21,016 nucleotides of DNA from Oligoflexia bacterium (lineage in GTDB: Bacteria > Bdellovibrionota > UBA1018). The notes beneath the pieces were generated by a model. The model saw nothing but the letters and a program-made list of their open reading frames with translations, was not told the DNA's origin and ran no database searches. Shown here piece by piece: positions 8,265 through 16,824 of the stretch; position 1 is the stretch's first letter; every line of letters starts with the position of its first letter. Location: the NCBI GenBank assembly GCA_043732485.1, contig JAYTHP010000246.1:1-21016 (forward strand), in the 5' to 3' direction. The position numbers were made by a program, and so were the translations under genes.

Positions 8265-8328
8265 TCACCGGGCTGTTGTCACCGGGCATGGGCTTTTGTC
8301 ACCGGGCATGGGCTTTTGTCACCGGGCA
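8265..8328. repeat. 20-nt tandem repeat (about 2.6 copies plus a partial core) spanning the stop codon of the upstream M16 gene
   Basis: TTGTCACCGGGCATGGGCTT at 8276-8295 and 8296-8315, partial copy at 8316-8328, and core TCACCGGGC at 8265-8273. Confidence 0.95.
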
Positions 8329-9954
8329 AACGATGATCAGTGAGCGATGATTAGGATCCAGGTACCGGTTTGCCGCTTTTTGAATCGCCTCCCGGGTGAC
8401 TTGTGCATAGGGCACTAATTCCTGATAAAAACGCTTGGGTTGGGAAAATAGGGTCTCAAGCGCTCCCATCATCTGGCCCAAGTCAAACGCCTGCTGTCTC
8501 TCGCTGAGGTGTTGCAGGATCATTTGCCGAATCGCGCGCTCGAGTTCTGCTTCCGTGACGCTAGCGCTTTGGACCTCGCGCACCACTTGATCGCGCAGGC
8601 GCTCGTACTCGTCTAAGGTGCCTGTCGCCTGGCGCATAACGCCGTGTATCATGAGTAGGCCCGGAAAGCGGGGGGTATAAGCTAGTGCTGTGAGCGCTTG
8701 CAGAGGCGCGGCGTGATCACCCAGAGTGCGCTGCCCCAGACGCGAGGTGGGACCATCAAACATTAAGGTACTGAGTAAATCGAGCAAGGAGGATTCCCGC
8801 GGGTTGAGTCCTGAGGGGATGGGGTAGCCTTCAAAAAACTGTTCCACAAACTGTTCCACGGGGGGGCTGCCGGCTTGCTGATTCGGCGCGCTAGCAGCGC
8901 GAGGGGCAGTTCGTCGGTTGGCGCTGCTGTTGGGGTTTTGACCGGAGCGAGAAAAAGGTGCCACGTGCCCAGGCGGTCGGATGATCAGCCTTCGTTCTTC
9001 GCTTTGCAAGGGCTCAGTCATCATGATCCGTGCTTCTTGCGGGACTTCGTGCAGGGGGGCTGGCGGAGGGCGGGTGACGGCCGAGTAGCAAGCGGTGAGG
9101 GTCTCAGCCGTGCTGTCTAGCGTAAACGGGCCTACCACCACCACGGTGGCGTTTGCGGGCTGATAATAACGGTGATAAAAATCAATGAGATCCTGGCGTT
9201 GCAATTGCACGAGTTGCTCAGGCGTGCCTTGAATCGGCCAGTGATAGGGGTGGAGTTTGAAGGCTAATTGCCACAAGAGGTCTTGATAAGTCAGCTCCGG
9301 TGCGTGCTCAAATTTCAGTTGTTGGCGGGTCAGTGATAAGAGCAGCTCGTTTTTTAAAGCGGGCTCGCTGATTTCCAGGCTGGTCATGCGCTTGGCCTCA
9401 TGCGCGATCACTTGCGGGAGCAAAGCGGGGGGGAAGTTTTGGTAAAAGAGTGAATAATCGCGAGTGATGACGGCATTGACCCCGCCTCCTGCGGCTTGGA
9501 CCTGCTTGACTAAAAGGGAGGAGTCTGGGGCTGCAAAAAATAAAGACTCAAGCAAATGGGCTGCGCCGCGGGTGTGAGGGGTTTCGTGAAACGACCCGAC
9601 GTGAAACCAGGTTTGATAGCTGATCACCGCAAAACTCGGATCCGGGATCAGGAAGATTTTTAGGCCATTGGCAAGCTTTATCTCGTGGCTGGGGGGGGAG
9701 GTGAAGCTCAAGGCCGGGAGCAAAGGGAGGCGGCCAGACGGCAGGGTGTTGTTGACGTCTGCGGCGATGTCGGCTAGGCGACCACGGGTTGCCCCGTCGC
9801 CGTCCTCGAGTCGATCCCAGGGGGGGGAGTGCGCGCAAGCCTGGGCAATGAGGGGAATTGCGCCTGCTAAAAAAAGAAAAAGGCAAACGAGCCGAAATTT
9901 GTTATGAATGGAAGGAGGGAGTAGGGGTAAGCGGAAGACATAAAGCCGTTGCAT
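8299..9954 (-). CDS. M16-family (pitrilysin/PqqL-like) peptidase homolog with degenerate active site
   Basis: KLANGLKIFLIPD, WFHVGSFHE, GAAHLLESLFF (HxxEH becomes HxxES), GGGVNAVITRDYSLFY, HPYHWPIQG, FYHRYYQPANATVVVVG. ATG 9954 preferred over GTG 10074 because a signal-like segment follows it. Confidence 0.92.
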   Translation of the reverse strand: MQRLYVFRLPLLPPSIHNKFRLVCLFLFLAGAIPLIAQACAHSPPWDRLEDGDGATRGRLADIAADVNNTLPSGRLPLLPALSFTSPPSHEIKLANGLKIFLIPDPSFAVISYQTWFHVGSFHETPHTRGAAHLLESLFFAAPDSSLLVKQVQAAGGGVNAVITRDYSLFYQNFPPALLPQVIAHEAKRMTSLEISEPALKNELLLSLTRQQLKFEHAPELTYQDLLWQLAFKLHPYHWPIQGTPEQLVQLQRQDLIDFYHRYYQPANATVVVVGPFTLDSTAETLTACYSAVTRPPPAPLHEVPQEARIMMTEPLQSEERRLIIRPPGHVAPFSRSGQNPNSSANRRTAPRAASAPNQQAGSPPVEQFVEQFFEGYPIPSGLNPRESSLLDLLSTLMFDGPTSRLGQRTLGDHAAPLQALTALAYTPRFPGLLMIHGVMRQATGTLDEYERLRDQVVREVQSASVTEAELERAIRQMILQHLSERQQAFDLGQMMGALETLFSQPKRFYQELVPYAQVTREAIQKAANRYLDPNHRSLIIVCPVTKAHAR

Positions 9955-10148
9955 CTTCTTTCCTAGGTATCCAACAGCGCGCGCAGGTGCAAGCAAGAAA
10001 GCAAGGTCATGACCAAAAACAGTTGTGCAAGCTCTATCAGGCGGTGGCAACCGAGCGAGCGTCACTGTTGTCACTGTCGGCGTCGTCGTTGGGAGCGGCG
10101 GCTGACTCGTCAGCTCACTTATTAGCTCACTTTTTAGAGGACAAGAAC

Positions 10149-10940
10149 GTGAAATTTACCGTTTTAGGTTGTGGAACCTCCAGTGGTGTCCCAGTACTGA
10201 CCTGCCAGTGTAAGGTCTGTCAGTCGAGTCATCCCCGGAATCAAAGGCTGAGATCGTCGATTTGGCTAGAAGTGACGCAAAACGACCAGGTGAAGCATCT
10301 AATTATTGACACCACGCCTGATTTCAGGCAACAGGCGTTACGGGAAAAAATTCCCCGCGTCGACGCCGTGCTTTACACCCATCCTCATGCCGACCACCTG
10401 CACGGGATTGATGAACTGCGCAGTTACAATTACTTTCAAAACGCTCCGATCCCGGTTTTTGGTAACCGCTGGACCTATGATGATCTGCAGCTGAAGTTTC
10501 CTTACATTTTTGATCGCAGCCTACTGAAGCTCTCAGCCGTGCCAGAGCTCAATTTACACCTCATTGATCCTGAGCAACCGCAAGTCTCGGTGGTCGGCAT
10601 TCCGGTGGTTCCCTTGCCGGTTGAGCATGGGCGGCAGGCCTGTCTGGGGTTTCGCCTCGGTCAGTGGGCCTATGTCACCGATTGTAGCTTGATTCCCAGC
10701 CACACCTTGGCTCGGATGCAAGACTTGGAGGTGCTGATTTTGGATTGTGTGCAACTCAAGCCGCACAAGACCCATTATAACTTGCAGCAGGCCTTAGAAA
10801 CGATTGAATTTTTAAAACCTAAGCGTGTTTTTTTAACGCACTTGAGTCATGATTTAGATTATGAGGAGTGGGAGCATAAGCTGCCCCCCGGGGTGGCCTT
10901 AGCCTACGATGGGCTCTCAGGGATGGTCGGTGATGGCTAA
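10149..10940 (+). CDS. MBL-fold metallo-hydrolase, PhnP-like phosphodiesterase family
   Basis: LGCGTSSGVP, CxCxxC, RLRSSI, IDTTPDFRQQ, THPHADHLHG, YVTD, HLSH. GTG start at 10149 with AGAGGA RBS at 10136-10141. Confidence 0.93.
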   Translation: MKFTVLGCGTSSGVPVLTCQCKVCQSSHPRNQRLRSSIWLEVTQNDQVKHLIIDTTPDFRQQALREKIPRVDAVLYTHPHADHLHGIDELRSYNYFQNAPIPVFGNRWTYDDLQLKFPYIFDRSLLKLSAVPELNLHLIDPEQPQVSVVGIPVVPLPVEHGRQACLGFRLGQWAYVTDCSLIPSHTLARMQDLEVLILDCVQLKPHKTHYNLQQALETIEFLKPKRVFLTHLSHDLDYEEWEHKLPPGVALAYDGLSGMVGDG

Positions 10941-11009
10941 GGGATTGGCTAAGTGACCGTTCCAACAGCGTGCGGAGCGTCAAAAAAATAGCAGCAAGGG
11001 GGGGTAGTC

Positions 11010-11621
11010 ATGGCAGAAGAACAAGGTGGCAGCAGCAAGCAGCAAATAGACGGACAAGCTCCTCCTACCGCGAAAACCCCTAAGGGAGCAGAGGATGAAG
11101 ACGCGTTACCGCCTGCGCCGCGGTCCTGGTTTCCCATCATTGTGAGCATTCTCAACGTCGTCGTGATGGCAGGCGGGCTGGCGTTCTTTTATTATTCAAA
11201 ATTTATTTTTTCTCGTCCCAAGATTACCGAAGACCGCGAGCGTGAGCGCCTTGCCGAATACTACTATGACCCGATTAAAAAGGCCGTTCCGGGCTATTTC
11301 ACGCTTGGGCCCCTCACCGTCAACGTAGGCAATCGCTTAGGAGGCGATAAGTCCCATTTTGTTGCCCTCACCCTTGCGATTGAAGTGCGCGATGAAGCCT
11401 GGGTGTCGATTCTCGAAGAGACCAAAGAAGCCCTGATCGATCGCTTGATTCGCTTGGTGGCCGGGAAACATTACACCGACTTGGTGACTGCGCAAGGCCG
11501 GTACTTATTGCAAAATGAAATTATTGATTTTTCCAATGAAATCTTAAAGCCCCGCTTCAGTGAGTTAAAGACGGATTCGATGGTCTCAAAGGTCTATTAT
11601 ACAGCGTTTCTCGTGCAGTAA
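11010..11621 (+). CDS. fliL: Flagellar basal body-associated FliL family protein
   Basis: Single N-terminal TM helix, PLTVNV, HFVALTLAIEV, DLVTAQGRYLLQNEI, and C-terminal VSKVYYTAFLVQ typical of FliL. Confidence 0.88.
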   Translation: MAEEQGGSSKQQIDGQAPPTAKTPKGAEDEDALPPAPRSWFPIIVSILNVVVMAGGLAFFYYSKFIFSRPKITEDRERERLAEYYYDPIKKAVPGYFTLGPLTVNVGNRLGGDKSHFVALTLAIEVRDEAWVSILEETKEALIDRLIRLVAGKHYTDLVTAQGRYLLQNEIIDFSNEILKPRFSELKTDSMVSKVYYTAFLVQ

Positions 11622-11680
11622 GGGGAGCGACGAGGTTGCGGCGGCGGCGGGCTAGATTACAAAAGAACAAAATGGGGTGA

Positions 11681-12184
11681 TCGCTTGGGGATTAGCGCGC
11701 CTGCCAGGCGTTGCTTTGAGTGCTCGGACCCTTGCCGCCTGCGATTGTAAGATGGCGTGACTGATCTCCGCGGGCGTTGCCCCAGAAGGAAGACTTTTCA
11801 GGGGGGCAGTGGCTTTGTGCGCTGTTTGCGAGGCACAATCGGCGAGCAGTTTAAGCTCAGCTCACTTATCTTCAGCTAAATGATCTTGCATCACTTGATT
11901 GGCCTCAGTGGTGTAATTATAGACGCCCTTTTTGCAAGCGTCTGGGTAGGCGCGGCGTCTTCGTGGGCATTTTGCAGCTGGGGCGGCAAGGCGGGATTGC
12001 GTGCTTGTTGTTTGTGATAGCGATACTGACTGTCATGGTCTTGCAGTAAACTATGTTGGTAATGCGCCAAGCTAGCCCAGGATTCCTTCGCGCGAGCTGC
12101 AAACGCCTTTGGCTGCGACAACGGAAGCAGCAGCAGCAGCACGCTTAGGATCATCAGGGAGCGGAAGTGCGAGGTTTTTTTCAT
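11681..12184 (-). pseudogene. Decayed tandem paralog of the 12226..12987 gene
   Basis: HKQQARNPALPPQLQNAHEDAA vs HLAQGQNPDLPPALQAAHQKAA. After a frameshift near 11945, GVYNYTTEA...QDHLAEDK*AELKLLADCASQTAHKA vs ALHNYSFEA...QEHLSNEQLQQLRLIADMASQSAHLA (TGA at 11862-11864). Later fragments ATPAEISHAILQ and LIPK lie in other frames. Confidence 0.85.
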
Positions 12185-12225
12185 CAAGCTAAGCATCCTC
12201 ACAGGCGGAGCTGTCCCCTGAAGAC

Positions 12226-12987
12226 TTAATTGATCGCTTTTGGCTCAAGTACGCCCGGAGCTTGGGTGGTTTGCGGGTTTCGAGGCAAGGAGCCCTGCTC
12301 TGCTGGCTGAAGGGAGTGGTTCTCCTGAGCGGCTGGCTGAGTCGGCAGCGCTTTGGGGATAAAACGATCGCTTGCTTGCTTGGCAGTCTCCGTTTGCTGA
12401 CCATAGGCATGCGCCTGCGCAATGGCAAGTTTGGCTTGCTGGGGCGGGGTTTCGGGGGTGATGCCCGCTAAGTGGCTAGAGGCAAGATGGGCCGATTGTG
12501 AGGCCATGTCTGCGATGAGCCTTAACTGCTGGAGTTGCTCGTTGGACAGGTGCTCTTGCGGGAGGCGGTCCTTATTCTTGTGTCTTGCCTCAAACGAGTA
12601 ATTATGCAGTGCTAGGCTTGCCGAGTTATGGGTGCGAGCCGCCTTCTGGTGCGCCGCTTGTAAAGCGGGGGGGAGGTCTGGGTTTTGTCCTTGCGCGAGG
12701 TGGTGTTTTTGTTGGTGCTCGTGCTCCGGGATCACCGTCTGATGGACCTCTTTGAGCTGCGGCGGGGCTGTTTCCGTCGACCAAGTCACGGTGGGTGCAG
12801 GTACCAGCGCAAGGTAGGCAAGCAAGAGAGCTTGAAGTCTGTAGCGGGAGGCTTGTTTGCGGGAAGCGTTACGGGAGCAGTGGCAGTAAAAGCTGAAAAG
12901 TGGCAATGCCCGTGGTCGTTGTCGCATAAAAATAGATCGGCCCTTTCTGGTCTGGTGTTGTTGGCTTTTTTTTGATAGCCCCTTCAT
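12226..12987 (-). CDS. Hypothetical His/Gln/Ala-rich secreted helical protein
   Basis: 253-aa ORF (the start may be ATG 12927) with signal-like LQALLLAYLALVPAPTVTWS. Coding status is supported by the neighbouring paralog. Confidence 0.8.
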   Translation of the reverse strand: MKGLSKKSQQHQTRKGRSIFMRQRPRALPLFSFYCHCSRNASRKQASRYRLQALLLAYLALVPAPTVTWSTETAPPQLKEVHQTVIPEHEHQQKHHLAQGQNPDLPPALQAAHQKAARTHNSASLALHNYSFEARHKNKDRLPQEHLSNEQLQQLRLIADMASQSAHLASSHLAGITPETPPQQAKLAIAQAHAYGQQTETAKQASDRFIPKALPTQPAAQENHSLQPAEQGSLPRNPQTTQAPGVLEPKAIN

Positions 12988-13169
12988 TTTGCAAACGAAA
13001 TTGAGTCGCTGGAGTCACTGTCAAAATCCCTCGTTCACTTGCCGCAAGCGTTCTCCCAGCGATCCGCTTACGCTTCCTGCCCGCCCAATCGCCCGTACTG
13101 GTTTGGATTCGGTTGTTTGCGGGCCGAGCTTGAGCGGTAGATCGTCTCTTTTTTGGGCTTGGGCTTCGA

Positions 13170-14471
13170 CTAGAGCCTTTTTTCTCGGGGCACAGCAGTC
13201 GCATGAGTAGGCGGCTTACTGGTGCGGCCACTCACCCATTGCTTTAGGCGGGCGGCGAGGGGGGGGAGGTGAGCTTGAGCTAGTCTTTCGCCTGTTGCGG
13301 CGCCTGCTAAGCTCGCGTCAGGTGCGACTGTCTTTTTGCTGCCAGTGCCGGTGAGACGAGTTGGCGGCTTGGGGTCCAGCTGAGCCTCAGTCACCGCAGC
13401 TTGGCTGCGTCCTTGGGCTTTCAGTTGTTCTAAGGCTAAGGGGTAAGCGTCTAGCGCCGTGGTCGGCTTGGGGTTGCTGGTGCCAGCGGTGGCCCAGCCC
13501 TGGTCGTCTTCACTTGCAGAAGGCCGCTGCAATTGTGCTGTTTTTGCTGCAAGTTTGCTCTCAAGCCGCTCCTTACTGGCGGCAAGTAGCCGAGTTTGTG
13601 CGCCAACGTATCTTGCCTCGGCGCTTGCAGCTGCCAGTTCTGGTCGGGCCAGCTTTGCGCTGGTGGAGTTTTCGCTAAAGGCGTCGACCGTCATTTTTCC
13701 GTCCTGGTAACTATATTTGGCTTTAGCCTGAGTCCAAGAGTCTTGATTGCGACTATGAACCCTCTCAGGCGCCAGCGTGTAAATCTGGGCGCGGTGGAGC
13801 ACAAAGCCAAGGCGCCCGGTGATCGTATTAGCTACACCGCGTCGACCAAGATCCTCGCTCAGGTGCTGGGCAAAGCTCGCTCTCAGGCCCGTTTCATCAA
13901 AAGAACAACTACCGCCGTTACAAACCAGAAGGCTGATATCTAAAATTTTTTTTTCCAAAAGTGGGGGTAATGGGTGGGGTCGTGGTGGTGGCGCTGGAGG
14001 AGGGGCGGCAGCCTGCTGCGGCAAGGGGGCAAGCAGCAGGCTTCGCGATAAGTAGCCTGCCAGCTCTTCTGAAGTGTTGGCTTTGGATTGCAGCGGTGCT
14101 TTGGCGCTCTTTTGACCACTCACACCACCACCGCTCCCGCCCTCTTCTTGGGAGTGTGAAATGATCTCATCGCTGCCTGCCGCGCCGTGCGCCGCAATCA
14201 CCAGCTTGATGGATTGCTTTTGAGCGAGGGCCTGGAGTGTCTCGCTATAACCTCCCGGCTTGGCCAACTCCTCAGGCGTTAAAAAGAGAAAAAACGGGGG
14301 GTTGCGCTCTTTCCAAGCAGTTTTTCCGAGGTAAAGCTTTTTAAGGAGGTTATTTTCGGCAGGCAACTGATTCGTGGATAAGACTACCAACTGATCGTAA
14401 TCTTTAGCGAATCCCTCGACGCCGGGGAGACTGACGAGTAAGCAAAAGAAAAGGGCAGTAAGCATCGCCAT
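13170..14471 (-). CDS. Secreted peptidase C80 / CPD-like cysteine protease (clan CD fold) with low-complexity C-terminal tail
   Basis: Signal peptide MAMLTALFFCLLVSLPGVEG. KLVIAAHG (His95), EELAGYL, DISLLVC (Cys184), SFAQHLSEDLGRRGVANTITGRLGFV and WTQAKAKYSY follow the motif order of MARTX/TcdB CPDs. Confidence 0.75.
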   Translation of the reverse strand: MAMLTALFFCLLVSLPGVEGFAKDYDQLVVLSTNQLPAENNLLKKLYLGKTAWKERNPPFFLFLTPEELAKPGGYSETLQALAQKQSIKLVIAAHGAAGSDEIISHSQEEGGSGGGVSGQKSAKAPLQSKANTSEELAGYLSRSLLLAPLPQQAAAPPPAPPPRPHPLPPLLEKKILDISLLVCNGGSCSFDETGLRASFAQHLSEDLGRRGVANTITGRLGFVLHRAQIYTLAPERVHSRNQDSWTQAKAKYSYQDGKMTVDAFSENSTSAKLARPELAAASAEARYVGAQTRLLAASKERLESKLAAKTAQLQRPSASEDDQGWATAGTSNPKPTTALDAYPLALEQLKAQGRSQAAVTEAQLDPKPPTRLTGTGSKKTVAPDASLAGAATGERLAQAHLPPLAARLKQWVSGRTSKPPTHATAVPREKRL

Positions 14472-14639
14472 CTTTTCAGTCTAGCAGTCAGCACTTTTTT
14501 TGACGAGATGCGTCAAAGGTAACCTACCTCAGGTCACTGCCATTTATTTATGACTCAATACGCCCTGGTTAGATGACTGAAGACGACGCGACGCGAAGAC
14601 GAAAAAGCACGGAAAGATGCAAAAACGCGCTGATGAGGT

Positions 14640-14658
14640 AAAAAGAGGCTCGCGCCTC
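14640..14658 (-). terminator. Intrinsic terminator of the beta-barrel gene
   Basis: Minus strand GAGGC-GCGA-GCCTC-TTTTT (GNRA loop, U-tract), 8 nt after the stop codon. Confidence 0.7.
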
Positions 14659-14666
14659 ATGCAACC

Positions 14667-16268
14667 TTAGAAAGAAATGCCGACGCGGAAGGCTGTGGCA
14701 AACACCAGGCTCGTGAGATTGGGCATGTCAGTGTTGGAGAAGGCATAGTAATTGCCGGGTAAAAAGAAGCCATTATCCCAGGCGAACAAGAAATTTTCAT
14801 CCCACTGAAAGCTTACGCCTAAATCGAGCTCCACTCCGAGATGATGCCCCTGGTTAGTGGTGGTCTTTTGCTCGACCATCTGCCTGCTCCAGGTGTTCAA
14901 GAAATAGCTGCCTTGGCTGGCTGCAATCGGCGCATAGGCATAAACCAAATTAGGCCGAAGCGTCCACTTATCGTTAGGCTTAATTTCCGTGCCCAAGGAA
15001 AGGTAAACGGCATTGACAATCGGGTTGTTAAAGGGGGAGGCCAACTGATTAGGCGCTAGATTAGGATTATTCAGGGTCTGCGGCGCCGCAAAATTAGCGA
15101 GCTGGTAATTAAACATAATCATCGCGATGTGATAGTTGGGGTTGAAGTAGAAGGCATCGTATTGATCAGGGGTGGCTTTGGAATCATTGGCCTGACCTGA
15201 GGCGAATCCCCCCTTCATCAGCCAGTTCCAGGTGTCGTTGGGGGTATAGCTTACTTCCGTGGCGAGGCCTAGGGAGTTGTATTGTGCCGAGCCGAGATTG
15301 CCCAAGGTAAAGGGTAATTCTGCTGAAATTTTCCAGGCTTGCATTTTTTTGCGGGCATAAAAATCAAAGATACTAAAGTTACTCGATCCTTGCAGTCCCA
15401 CCGGCAACGCGGCGCGGTAGGTCGGGTCCTGCCCGGAACCAATCCAGCGTTTGATAAAATTCAGTCCCCCTTCGAGCTGGTCGTCTTCGTTCTCGTACTT
15501 TAAAATGAGCGAGAAATCCTGCACGCTGCCAAAGCTGTCTAAGTTGTTAATGATCGCCGAGCCGGAGGGTAGGACTTGGGCGTTGCCGCCGATGTTAATG
15601 CCGGCTGAGTTGACGATGAAGCTAGGCATGAGTGAAAAAGAGCCAAATTTAGCAATCCAACGCACCGCGTCACCTGTGGACATGTATCGATCCCAGAGAT
15701 TTTCTCCGGCGTTCCAAACTATGCCTAAGCCCCAATGCAGGGGAACCCGTCCGATTTGCACCACCCCAAAGTCGGTAATCAGCTCTGACCAAAAGCGCTG
15801 GGCGGTGATCAAAGAGCCTCGTGATTGCGAGGACGAATACCAGCTTTGGTCAGGCGAATAGGGCAGCGCATTACCGAACATCCCAAACACGGGATCGCCG
15901 ACCCACCACTCGGTTTTAATCGCGATGTTGTCGTTGACGATAATTTTGGGTCGTAGCCGTAAAAAGACCGTCTGCAGGTGCGCAAGGTTTGAGCCGCCTT
16001 CGGGGATATAGTACCCGCCAGCCTTGGCCCGTGCGTTATCCAAGGCCCCGCCGCCAGGCGGGTTCATGGTGTAATCGGCAATCATATGGTATTCCGACCA
16101 AAACTGTCCGGACCAATCCAGTTCCAGTGCCTGCGCGGGGGAGGCAAAAACGCAGGCACTGACGAGGCCGCAAGCCACGAAAAAACGGGCGCGGTAGGAG
16201 TGCGGCGCGGAAACAGGCGCAAAGAAGCGGGCAAGTAGGCGTGGGAGGCGAGGCTGAAGCGAAATCAC
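14667..16268 (-). CDS. Outer-membrane beta-barrel protein (porin-like; resembles myxobacterial TIGR04551-type barrels)
   Basis: Signal peptide ending PAQA/LELDW, amphipathic aromatic-rich strands, RFWSELITDFGVVQIGRVPLHWGLGI motif, and C-terminal FRVGISF beta-signal. AGGAG RBS 6 nt before GTG 16268. Confidence 0.85.
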   Translation of the reverse strand: MISLQPRLPRLLARFFAPVSAPHSYRARFFVACGLVSACVFASPAQALELDWSGQFWSEYHMIADYTMNPPGGGALDNARAKAGGYYIPEGGSNLAHLQTVFLRLRPKIIVNDNIAIKTEWWVGDPVFGMFGNALPYSPDQSWYSSSQSRGSLITAQRFWSELITDFGVVQIGRVPLHWGLGIVWNAGENLWDRYMSTGDAVRWIAKFGSFSLMPSFIVNSAGINIGGNAQVLPSGSAIINNLDSFGSVQDFSLILKYENEDDQLEGGLNFIKRWIGSGQDPTYRAALPVGLQGSSNFSIFDFYARKKMQAWKISAELPFTLGNLGSAQYNSLGLATEVSYTPNDTWNWLMKGGFASGQANDSKATPDQYDAFYFNPNYHIAMIMFNYQLANFAAPQTLNNPNLAPNQLASPFNNPIVNAVYLSLGTEIKPNDKWTLRPNLVYAYAPIAASQGSYFLNTWSRQMVEQKTTTNQGHHLGVELDLGVSFQWDENFLFAWDNGFFLPGNYYAFSNTDMPNLTSLVFATAFRVGISF

Positions 16269-16824
16269 GGGAAACTCCTATCTGGGGATGGGGGGGGCGG
16301 GGGTGTCCCCGAGGGGGTCGATCATGTCACATAAGTCAAAGTTAACATTCAACGTAGCATTCAAAGTCAATCCTGTCCAAAGGTTGCAAGGGGCGTTGTT
16401 TGCACCCAAGGGGCAAAACACCGACCGCCTCTTCCAACAAACTCCGAAGCGCTATGCCACGTTTTATGAGTCTGCGCGTCTGCAGTCAAGGAGATTAAGG
16501 GAGAAAAATCAGGAAAGGACGAGGGATTTTGGGCCCCCTCAGCTGCGGCGAAACGAGGATCTCCCGGCTCGGTAAGTTTTTGCTTCTTGCTTGCCTAAAA
16601 CTCCCTCACGGGTCATGCTCAAGACGGGAGGGGGGAGAGATTTTTGCGCGGCCTGGGTTCCTTGGCCGCCCACCCTATCGCGCCTGCCCTTTTTGCTTCT
16701 TTTGTTGCCCACTTAGGAAAAAAATCATGAGTTTCAAGCCCTTGCAAGCGCGTGGCAGCGCGGGGCGCCGCCTCCTGGGGGGGGGGTTGAGCCTTTCTAA
16801 ACGCTAACGAGGAATCACCACTCC

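Noticed and set aside
8265..8328. CRISPR array
   Set aside because: The units are contiguous with no unique spacers, and there are no cas genes in the window.
9858..10148. 97-aa N-terminal extension of the MBL hydrolase in the ORF track
   Set aside because: It overlaps the divergent M16 gene; family similarity and an RBS both begin at GTG 10149.
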